Source: the human T2T-CHM13v2.0 reference genome, Homo sapiens | Assembly: GCF_009914755.1 (NCBI RefSeq) | Contig: NC_060946.1 | Direction: 5' to 3' (one strand) | DNA: 64,000 nt | Part shown: one piece after another, positions 50,604 through 64,000 of the stretch | How positions within the stretch are numbered: position 1 is the first letter of the stretch | Layout: each line of letters starts with the position of its first letter | The notes under the pieces: model-generated | What the model was told of the DNA's origin: nothing | The model's database searches: none | Seen by the model: the letters and a program-made list of their open reading frames with translations, nothing else | Position numbers and translations under genes: made by a program

Positions 50604-51843
50604 GTAAGGGGCAGGGGCTGGCCCACTGTGGGTGTGGGGCCTGCCGTAGAGGCATCAGGTGGGCTCCCCAGGGTGGCTACAGCCTCACATATGCTTTATG
50701 AATCCATTCCTGCCACAGAATTTGATTGCGGGCCTACTGTGTGCTCGGATGGACTTGTGGGTGACCCCCAGTCTTGGCTTCTGCCCCACAGAACTGACAG
50801 TGTGGGGAATTAGTGGCCACCCTCCTACCTCAGGTCCTTTGCACATGCTGTGGTTCTTGAGTGCTCAGTGCTGAGATGAGGAATGCATGGGGGCATTGCA
50901 GCCCTCGGGCATGGTGAGATGGATGGGTGAAAGGGAGAGGGCCAGGTGAACAGAGACCTCGGCCACCCACTCCCTGTCACTCCAAACTAACGCTTCCCAG
51001 ATGCCACCCTCAGCCCTGCACCACCTGACCCACTCACCCAGTAGTTGCCCCAGCTCCATGCTGGGTCCCTATAAGACCCTGTCATATCCCTTCCCGCTGA
51101 GGATCCTCACATCCCTCCTTACCTACTTGGGTCCTTGGCATTCCTGGGCGGATCTGCAGACCCCCCCACACTGACCAGTGACCTCCCAGGAGGGGCGTCA
51201 GCTGCCCGGGTGGTGTCTTCTCTTTCCCTGTGAGCATTCTGCACCTCTGACTCCCGCTGCAGCCAGTGACCTGGTGTCTTGTCTCTCTGAGGGGACAGAG
51301 CCACTGCAGCGTGTCCCTCTGCCCTCCTTTTTGGCTAAGGCCAGCTCCTTCATCTACTCGCTGGCTCGGGGTGCTGTTCCTACAATGCTCCTGTCTGCCT
51401 CTGATGATTTATTTCTTTATCACGGATTATTCCCAAAAAAAAGGCAGCTGTTGTTGCTCTAGAAACTTCTATCTGCTGCCTCCTTCTGTCCTTTGCTCCT
51501 CTTAGAGCAAACATGGCTGGGCTATGTCCTCTCTCCCTTCAGGGTATCCCCTCCCCTGCTCTATCCCCATGCCACCAGATCGCCATGTCCAGCCTCAGTT
51601 TCCCCATCAGGCCCCACTCAGCAGCATCTCACACAGCTCACCACACTCTCCTCGAGTTTTCATTTTGCAAATTTTCGCACCTACAAAAATGTAAAAAAAA
51701 CCCAAAACTGCCCAAGCATCAATGTTCCCTTTTCCTGGATTCTGCAGTGTGGACATTTCTGCCGGATTTCCTAACTCTCTCCGTCTCCACCCACATCTAT
51801 TGGGATTCGTGTTTTTCTGAGGGATTCCACAGTAGGTTACTGA

Positions 51844-52997
<1,154 letters not shown>

Positions 52998-53049
52998 TGT
53001 TGAAACTCTCTTGAGGCATTTTCTTCGGCCTTCGGGTCCATCCTCTCTG

Positions 53050-53870
53050 TCTCCTCTTTGACCTCCTCATCTCCTCCTCGCCACTGCCTTGGGGACCTTG
53101 GCCAGGCTCATGGCATCCAGCAGCCACTCAATGTCAATACCTCCATGTTCATCTCTCAGCCCGCCCTTGCCCGTGAACCCATGCTTATTTATTTATTTTT
53201 TTTATACGTGCACCCATGCTCTTTGGGTCTGATGAAGTATCCAAAATCAAGCTCCTGACCATCCCCAAACCGGCCCCTTCTGCCGGCCTCGCTAGTCGGC
53301 ACCATGCTTGATTCTTCTCTTTCTCCCACCCAGGCCATCATCTCTTGCCTGGTTGATACCCACAGCCTCCCCTTTGGGCTTTATCCTTATCCCCGTCATA
53401 GCTGCCAGAGGGACCCTGTGAAAACACTCCCCAGCCTCCTCATTCCTCTGCCCTAAGCCTGCATGGCACAGAGCAAAAGCCAGTTGTTATGGGACCTAGG
53501 AGGTCCTGTGGGATGGGCCCCAGCCTGCATCTTCATCCTCTTCTCCCCACCCTACTCCATTCACTCTCTGCCTATCGCTCACCAGCCTATGCCACCTGCC
53601 TCAGGGCCTTTGCACTGACCATTTAGGCCACTTTCCAGGCTCTTTTCACACGTTGCCTCCTCTGAGAAGCCCTCCCTGACCACTCTGCCCATACCTCATG
53701 CCTCTTGATTCCCCTTACCTGGCCTGTGGTTTCAGCACTTTCCCTGTGTGTGTTTGTTTTTCTTGGCATGAGGGCAGGACTTAAGTGTCTGTTCCCTGTT
53801 GATTCCCCAGTGCCAGGCATGCAGTGCAAATTCTAGAAATATTTTTTGCATGAAAGAATGAGTGATTGAA
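53050..53870 (+). mobile_element. L2 fragment
   Basis: 'cctcagggcctttgcactg', 'ccccagtgccaggcat...tgaaagaatgagtgattgaatg'. Confidence 0.6.
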
Positions 53871-53893
53871 TGTGGCAAGGGTCTGGAGGCTGA

Positions 53894-54291
<398 letters not shown>

Positions 54292-54523
54292 GTAGGGGCT
54301 GCTGGGCCGCCTGGGTGGGAAAGGGCCAGGGGCGGGTGGCCCAGGGACTGCCCACTTATCCAGTAAGGTGGCTCCATCACCTCTTTTCCTGGTGGGAAAC
54401 TGAGGCCCAACCTTGGTAGCTTATCCTGGGCCTCTCAGTGAGTATGTTTGAGCCTCAGTGGGTGGATAGGGACCAGGCTGGGCCAGGCAAGGTCGGGTGC
54501 TGTCTGACCTGGCTGGGCGGTAG

Positions 54524-55165
<642 letters not shown>

Positions 55166-55268
55166 TAGTGCCTGGGCCATCTGGAGCCCCTGTGACATGA
55201 GGGCCAAGCCCCCTGCTCCAGTGAGACCCAGCAGGCCCCAACCTGCTCTTCCTGATGACCTGGCCTGA

Positions 55269-55645
<377 letters not shown>

Positions 55646-56677
55646 CCAGGTGGCCTCCCTGGCCTGTCTCCCCACTCTCTGGGCCTCAGTGTATTGTGTG
55701 TGAAATGGAGCCATCTGGCTGGGGAGGAACAGAGAGGTGGGATTCGGAGATCTTCACAATGCGGGCACTGGAACTAGCCTCAGCATCTTCAGCATGGGGA
55801 GAGCAAGGCACATGGCTGGGGGCCAGGGGAAGGTTCACACCAAACCCTGCCCCTTCCCACCCTGATCCCTCAGACTTTGGGGCCAGGCCCTCCCTTACTG
55901 GGGCTGGGCAGTGACACTACCTAGGATCAGCCACCAGGGGGTGTCACGACCCTGGCGCTTTCTTAGGCAGAGGGTGGCCAGCCGATGCTGGGAACCCGGG
56001 CGCCTTCTCAGACCCGTAGGCGTCCAGCTCACCCTGCCGATGACACTGGAGGTGAAGCTGAGGGTCCGAGGAATGGGGACTGGGCAACAGGCTGGAGGAA
56101 AACATCTCGGTCAGAGCCATGCCCCTGGGGGGTTCCCAAGAGCAAGCCCAGAGTGAAACCCAAGCTTGTGATCCTCTCCAGAGGGAGGCCTGGTTCTCAG
56201 GGAACAGCAAACGGGAAGATGTCCCCAGATCCCAGGGATCAGGGCTTGGACCAGCCGGGGACGCAGCCCAGAGGGAGTGGGTCCGGAAGGAAACAGCTCG
56301 ACACAGCAGCCTTCACCATTGGCAGCCCCTCCAGGCCTCCCTCGGGGCCTGCTCCCTCCTCTGTGCACAGTTCCAACACCTGGAGCAGGGTTCTGGGAAG
56401 GGCTGGTGGAGGTGGGCTGGTGGGAGGCGGTGATCACAGCCCAGCACCTGGATATCACCAGGGGCACTGGGGCCAGGGGCCAGGTGAGGCCAGGTCGGGG
56501 CTATCCTTCAGGAGCCCCGAAAACCTGGTGATTCCAAAGGGCCCATAGACAAACAGGGTTTTATGCCTGTGGAGTCAAGTCCCACTGGGTCTGAGCTCTG
56601 GAGGGCTGTGTCTCTGGGGCTCTGCAAGGGTGAGATGGAGGTGGGCTCAACTGGTGTACAAGTCACTCTTCAATCCT

Positions 56678-56835
56678 TATTTTATTTATTTAATTTTTTT
56701 TAAAAAAATTTAAACCAATAGAGATGGGGTCTCACTATGTTGACCAGGCTGGTCTTAACTCCTGACTTCAAGCAGTCCCCCCATCTCAGTCTCCCAAAGT
56801 GCTAGGATTACAGGGGTAGCCACTGCACCCGGCCT
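56678..56835 (-). mobile_element. Alu monomer (FLAM/AluJ left arm)
   Basis: Antisense Alu left-arm text with T-rich tail. Confidence 0.8.
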
Positions 56836-57117
56836 CAATCCTTATATTGGCCTGAGAGGAAAGGCCGTGGCCCCATTTGCAGGGGAGAAGACTGAAGCTG
56901 GAGGGGCAGGCCTTGCTCTGGGTTGCACAGCAGGAAGAGAAGTGGGAGCTGGCCACGAGGCTTCCTGGACCCGACATGCTGGTGGGGTACACCCTGGTTC
57001 TCTAGGTCCCATGGGGCTCAGCCCAGGACTACCTCGGGGGGTGAGGGACTTAAATCGTCTCCTTCATTCTCATCGCCCCTTCCCCCATCATTTCCTGAGG
57101 AAGGACATTCAGGGACC

Positions 57118-58079
57118 TGAAGGGGTGGCCTGCCCCTCCACACCTGTGGGTGTTTCTCATCAGCTGGGACAAGAGACTGAGAAAAGAAAGAGACACAGAG
57201 ACAAAGTATAGAGAAAGAAAAGTGGGCCCAGGGGACCTGCACTCAGCATATGGAGGCCCCACGCTGGCACCAGTCTCTGAGTTCCCTAGTATTTATTGAT
57301 CATTATCTCTACCATCTCAGAGAGGGGGATGTGGCAGGACAATAGGGTAATAGTGGGGAGAGGGTCAGCAGGAAAACACGTGAACAAATGTCTCTGTGTC
57401 ATAAACAAGGTTAAGAAAAAGGTGCTGTGCTTTGATGTGCATATACATAAACATCTCAATGCATTAAAGAGCAGTATTGCCACCAGCATGTCCCACCTCC
57501 AGCCCTAAGGCAGTTTTCTCCTATCTCAGCAGATGGAATATACAATCAACACTGAGACATTCCTTTGCCCAGGGACGATCAGGAGAGAGATGCCTTCCTC
57601 TTATCTCAACTGCAAAGAGGCCTTCCTCTTTTACTAATCCTCCTCAGCACAGACCCTTTACAGGTGTCGGGCTGGGGGACGGTCAGGTCTTTCCCTTCCC
57701 ACGAGGCCATATTTCAGACTGTCACCTGGGGAGAAACCTTGGACAATACCTGGCTTTCCTAGGCAGAGGTCCCTGCGGCCTTCTGCAGTGTTTTGTGTCC
57801 CTGCTTACTTGAGATTAGGGAGTGGTGATGACTCTTAACAAGCATGCTGCCTTCAAGCATTTGTTTAACAAAGCACATCCTGCACAGCCCTGAATCCATT
57901 AAACCTTGAGTCGACACAGTACATGTTTCTGTGAGCACAGGGTTGGGGCTAGGGTTACAGATTAACGGCATCTCAAGGCAAAAGAATTTTTCTTACTACA
58001 CAACAAAATGGAGCCTCTTACGTCTACTTCTTTCTACATAGACACAGTAACAGTCTGATATCTCTTTCTTTTCCCCACA
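57118..58079 (-). mobile_element. Solo HERV-K (HML-2) LTR, LTR5A/LTR5B type, 962 bp
   Basis: Minus strand begins TGTGGGGAAAAGAAAGAGA-TATCAGACTGTTACTGTGTCTATGTAGAAAG and ends CCACCCCTTCA; AATAAA on minus at 57292-57297; perfect 6-bp TSD GGGACC (57112-57117, 58080-58085). Confidence 0.95.
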
Positions 58080-59639
58080 GGGACCTTCCTGGCTGTGCCT
58101 CGGGTCAGGACCAGAATGACACCCATTCATTTCCCTGGGCCTTTGCTCGGGCGGTCCCTGCACCCTGGCCTCTGCCTGACGAGGATGGTGGGGAGAGGAG
58201 GGGGACGTCCCCCACACTGCTGTCTCCACTGTTCCTGCTGCCCAGGCCTCTGGGCTTCCAGGACTGCAGCGGGTCGGTGGGTGGGCTGGCCTGAGCCCAG
58301 GAATGCACTTCAGCTCCTGGTTGAGCAATGTCACTGAGGCTTGGGAGTCGGGTGGGGGCGGGAGGAGGCGTCCGCAGGCCCCCCTACCGTGAGAGGCAGC
58401 CGTGGGAACAGCCTACCTCTAAACAATCACTGCAGCCCAGGCTGGCCAGGGGCTCTGGCCGGACATAGGGGCCTGGCAGGCTGTGTGCCCTGTAAGGACA
58501 CAGTCTGTCTCTGTGCCTCAGTTTCTCTGCTGCCCAGATGGAGGGGCCCAGACTCCAGGTGTAGACATCTGGAGCAGGCAGTGTTCAGTTGGGGAGGAAG
58601 CGGGGAGGACTGTGGGGGCCATGTGGGAAGGATTCCACCCCACATCACCTGCACCCCTGCTGAGCCTGGTCAACGGAGCCCCTCAGTGGGTCCTCACTCC
58701 CCTGGTTGCCTCCCATTTAGGCACCCTGAGGCCTGGGGAGAACAGAGCCAGGCCAGTGTCCCCAGAGAGGCTGCGCTGCCAGCACAGTAGTAGCGGATTT
58801 GGATTCAGGGAAGCAGACCTGCAGCCAGGGTGGGAAAGAGCTGCAGGTGGGGTGGGGCCCCCACATGGCACAGCCCCCCTCCCTGGAGGACCATGCTGCA
58901 TTTCCAGGACAGCAAGTCCCAGGGATGGATGGTGCCTGGTGCCAAGGGCTAGAGGCATGGTCTGTCTGCATTTCCCACGTAAGTGTCTCGTAGTCACTAG
59001 CATTTGATGCTGTCAAGACCCCCTGTCCTCTGTGCAGACTGGGAAGCCCTTGGTCACCCTGGGGGAGTTGGGGGACCCAGGCCAGGCTGCAGAAGCATAA
59101 GGACTTGAACCCGGGTCCTGAGTGACACCACCTTGGGTCCTCCTCCTTCTGCCTCTGTTCAGCTCCACCTTGATGCTGACTAGGCTGGGCCATGCGGAGA
59201 GGGTTAGGGGATAGAGATGGGAGCTGGGGAGCAGGGCTCCACTCTGGGAGGGGGGCAGCCTTGCCGGATCCAGGGCAGAGTTAAGCGGCCCCAGCTCTGC
59301 TTTCCCAGAGCTGCTGAGAACCTGGGGAATGGTGTGGAGGTTCCAGGGAGCCCTGCCCCTACCTGGCAACCGCAGTGCAGCACGCACCAAGTTCTCCTGC
59401 ACATTGCGACAGTGTGACCATGGGCTCTGGTGGGCGGTAGGTCGGGCCTTTGGACCTACCAGCAGTGAGGGAGTTAACACAGCAGCTGACTTCTCTAGGC
59501 AAAGAAAACTCCCCTCAGACGCTTTGCTGCCTGGCCTCCTGCCAGGAACAAGCAGGAGCTGAAAACTAGAAGTTGAGGCATGAGTTTGGCCACTCCGTAG
59601 TGTGCACTTGGTGAGGGCAGCAGCTCGCCACAGCTGCCA

Positions 59640-59915
59640 GCCATCTGTCCATTCACCCATCTGTCCATCTGGCAGCCCGCTGTTCAGACCTGTCTGTCTG
59701 TCCGCCCATCTGTAAGCCCATCTCTGTCCCATTGTCTATCTGACCATCTTTCTCTTACTGTCCTCTTTGTCTAGCTATCTGGCCTGTCTGTCGATCCATC
59801 TTCGTGTCTGTCTTCAGCCCCCACCTGTTTGTCCATCTGTCCAATTACCTGTGAGTCTATCTATGCATCTTCTTGTCCATTCATCTGCCCACCCATCTGT
59901 CCCTCCATCTGCCCA
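59640..59915. repeat. Degenerate (CCATCTGT)n low-complexity tract forming the GGT5-type 5' leader
   Basis: Many ccatct/tctgtc units immediately upstream of the ATG at 59949. Confidence 0.7.
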
Positions 59916-59948
59916 CCGGCCTCCCCTCTCCTTCTGGGCCGCAGAGCC

Positions 59949-60126
59949 ATGGCCCAGGACTACGGAGCCATGGGTGACCTGGTCCTGCTGGGGCTGGGGC
60001 TGGGGCTGGCGCTGGCTGTCATTGTGCTGGCTGTGGTCCTCTCTCGACACCAGGCCCCATTTGACCCCCGGCCTTTGCCCACACCGCTGTTGCTGCTGAC
60101 TCCAAGGTCTTCTCAAATATTGTACG
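59949..60126 (+). pseudogene. Relic of GGT5 (GGTLA1) coding exon 1, frameshifted
   Basis: MAQDYGAMGDLVLLGLGLGLALAVIVLAVVLSRHQAPFDP, then -1 nt at ~60069, then AFAHTAVAADSKVFSNIVR|gtgagt. Compare GGT5 MARGYGATVSLVLLGLGLALAVIVLAVVLSRHQAPCGPQAFAHAAVAADSKVCSDIGR. No further GGT5 exon is seen in the window. Confidence 0.92.
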
Positions 60127-60186
60127 GTGAGTGAGACGTGGGAGGAAGCTGGGTGGCCTTTGGCAGCCAGCCCCTCCTGGAGAAGG

Positions 60187-60600
60187 CGTGTGTGTGTGAG
60201 CATGTGTGTGTGTGAGAGATTATGTGTGAGTGTGTGTGGGTATATGTGTGAGTGTGTTTGTGGGGTGTGGGTGTGTGTGAATGTGTGTGATCGTGTTTGG
60301 GTGTGTGTATGTGTGAGTGTGGGTGTGTGTGAATGTGTGTGATTGTGTTTGTGTATGTGTGTGTGGGTGTGTGTGAGTATATGTGAGTGTGAGTGTGTGG
60401 GGGTGTGGGTGGGTGTGAATGTGTGTGATTGTGTTTCGCTGTGTGAGGGTGTGTGTGACTGTGAGTGTGTGAGTGTGGGTGTGTGGGTGTGTGTAAATGT
60501 GTGAGTGTGAGTATGGGGGGTGGGTATGTGTGAATGTGTGTGATTGTGTGTGGGTATATTTGTGGGTGTGTGTGTGTGTGCACGTGTGTGTGTGTGCACG
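60187..60600. repeat. Imperfect (TG)n array, ~410 bp
   Basis: Directly visible. Confidence 0.95.
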
Positions 60601-62254
60601 TGCACTGGCCCAGGAAGCAGGAGCCGTGTGTGTGGGCTTCAGCACCTGCAGGGCTTGAGCGCAAGGAGACAGCCTCAGGGCCCTTGCACAGAACAGGCGG
60701 CAGGGTGTGCCCGTGGGGCAGATGGGGACTTGGGGACAATGGTGGTGTGTGAGTCCATACCTGGCTCCAGGATTCAGGAGGCCCATTTGCATATCCCAGG
60801 TGGGAACCTGTCTGGCCCCGCCTGACCCTGCTGGCCGGTGCAGGCCCCTTCAGTGAGGCCAATTCTCCAAGGCTGCGGTCTTCTCCCAGGGTCATGGGTG
60901 AAGGGGTTTGGAGGCTCCCTGCGTGGGTACTGGCCTGCTGGGGTACACACAATGCTGCCATAGCCAGTCTGCCCCTACACCCAGCCCGGGGCCACATCTC
61001 AGGTCTCTCAGTCCTGAGGAGCCCGGTGCCCCACCCCTCACATCCTCTCTCCCTGAGTCAGGGCCTGGGTCTCGTGAGCTGAGTGACTGATACTTGGTGT
61101 CCTGGATGAGGGCGTGGTGGAGAGGGGCCACAGCGGGTGTTTCCTGACCCTCTTCCAGGAAGGTGCTGCTGCCGCTGCAGGGAGGACACACACAGGATGC
61201 CCCTTCTTGCCCCCTGCCTCCCATTGGGCCCACAAAAGCCAGGGCAAGCCTCCCCTCCCTGCCAGCCACCTGGTCTGCTTCCCAGAAATTCTGTCTTGCA
61301 GGCTGTTGGGAGGATCCCAGTACTTTGTAAACTAAAGCAAGGGAGGAGTGGCCGTTCTCTCTCTTTGTTCATTCATTCACCTTTTCATTCATTCCTTCTT
61401 CCCTCCATTCCCCCATCTGTCCATCCTTCCCTGCCCTGATTGCTCATGCCACCCCCCCAGCCCCTCCTGACCTGGTCCTTTGGTTTCTCTTCAGGGCTTT
61501 CTGTCTCCTCCCACAGGGCTGAGAATGGCAGCTCAGGGACAAGTGGGGGCTGGGGACTGCTTAGTCTCCCCAGTGGCTCTCAGGGGATTTGAGGGTTTGA
61601 CGTCAGCTGCCACCCCAGGCTGTGCCCCTCCTCTGCTCGGGAGGACATACAGAGATGCGACACCCACTTAAACTCGAAGTTGCAAAGATGCAAATGAGAC
61701 TGGGGTCTCAGGCACCAGAGACCACCCGTGGGCACGTGGCTTTTGGGAGTGGGGACCTGCTGCCACAGATCTCTGAAGAGTCTGGACCTGCTGGGTCTCC
61801 CCGAGTGACTGTCTGGGGGTCTCCATAGCATGCCCTGCTGTGTGCGTGACGGTCACTGGTTGGGTAGGGGTCTCTACTCTAAAGCTCCCTCTGCCGGCAT
61901 CCCCTCGAACTCTCCCTTGGTGAAGAGAGGATGTGGTTTGCCCCAGTGTTTTATCAAACAACTCTCTCCACTTCCAGTTTTAAGAAGCTGGGAGTGGAAG
62001 AGAGCCTGGGGCTGGCCCCAGCTGCTGCTGTGAAACAGGGGTCACTGGACGCTGGGACCCTGGCCGGGCTGGCTGGAGGCCTCAGGAAGAGGCCTGCTAC
62101 AGCGTCATCCTGGCCAAGATTCCTCCCTGCAGAGGACCCTGGCCACGCTGCCACAGGGTCTGCTGGGGCCACCAGAAGCCCATGCTCCTGCCTCCATCTC
62201 TCCCCTCTGTGCTCACCTCTCACCAGGAGGCCCTCCCAGAGTTCAGTGTCCTGC

Positions 62255-63059
<805 letters not shown>

Positions 63060-63185
63060 TTATATTTTTGTTCTAATGGTTATCTTAATATCGTCATTCT
63101 ATAATTATATGTTTTATATAATTATAATAGCTATATAAGATATAATACCCCTAGTATGTTGTTTTTTGGATATTCTACTTGCTCC

Positions 63186-63640
63186 TGATGGTTAATTTAT
63201 GTGTCAACTTGGCTAAGCTATGGTGTCCTGTTGTTTGGTCGAATACTTGTCAATATCTTGCTGGGAGGTTATTTCATAGATGTGATTAACACTGACAGTC
63301 AATTGACTTTAAGTAAAACAGATTACCCACCATAATATGGGTGGGCCACCTCCAATCAGTTGAAGGCCTTAAGAACAAAAACTGAGGTTTCCCAGAGAAG
63401 CAGGAATTCTGCTTCAAGACTGTAACACACAAACCCTGCCTGAGTTTCTGGCCTGCTGACTGCTCTACAGATTTTAGGTTCCAGACTTCGAGATCAACTC
63501 TTACCTGAATTTATAGCCTGCTGGCTTGCCCTACAGATTTTAAAACTTGCTAGTCCCCACAATCATGTGAGCCAATTCCTAAATAAATCTCTCTCTATGT
63601 ATAATCTATTGGTTTAGTTTCTCTGAAAAACTTTCACATT
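63186..63640 (+). mobile_element. MLT2 (ERVL) LTR
   Basis: Starts 'tgatggttaatttatgtgtcaacttggcta'; contains 'ccacaatcatgtgagccaattcct...aataaatctctct'. Confidence 0.8.
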
Positions 63641-63675
63641 CCAGTTTCCTGGTTGTTAAGAATTACCGAAACTAG

Positions 63676-63990
<315 letters not shown>

Positions 63991-64000
63991 CCTAGTAAAT

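Noticed and set aside
59814-60997. His/Thr-rich ORFs of 190-294 aa
   Set aside because: Translations of the (TG)n array.

Overview
Primate (almost certainly human) genomic DNA with the mosaic structure of a chromosome 22q11 low-copy repeat (LCR22). Positions 1 to ~35.6 kb are a duplicated piece of IGSF3: a long intron rich in old repeats, plus the first V-set Ig exon (34520-34898), disabled by a 1-nt insertion that creates TAA. This block is joined, at an Alu lacking target-site duplications (35660-35976), to a complete gamma-glutamyltransferase paralog with 12 coding exons on the + strand (ATG 38091, native stop 55511, AATAAA 55620). Its residues best match my recollection of GGT3P, with GGT2P a near-identical sibling. 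The GGT copy is a pseudogene: the exon-2 donor is GT>AT (41585), exon 9 has a 1-nt deletion, and Ser451 is Leu. Downstream lie a solo HERV-K LTR5 with a perfect 6-bp TSD (57118-58079) and a frameshifted relic of GGT5 exon 1 (59949-60126). The main 'system' is an IGSF3-GGT-GGT5 exon-shuffled chimeric locus. I recall the IGSF3/GGT juxtaposition being known from LCR22 studies, so it is not new. The most novel-looking details are: a 4-nt tandem donor/acceptor shift that turns Cys192-Glu193 into Trp-Tyr; the stop/start geometry of the IGSF3-GGT fusion; a splice acceptor created by the LTR insertion; and several small retrotransposition events. Gene and repeat names are from recognition and memory, not database searches. 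Nearly all ORFs in the supplied track are noise.
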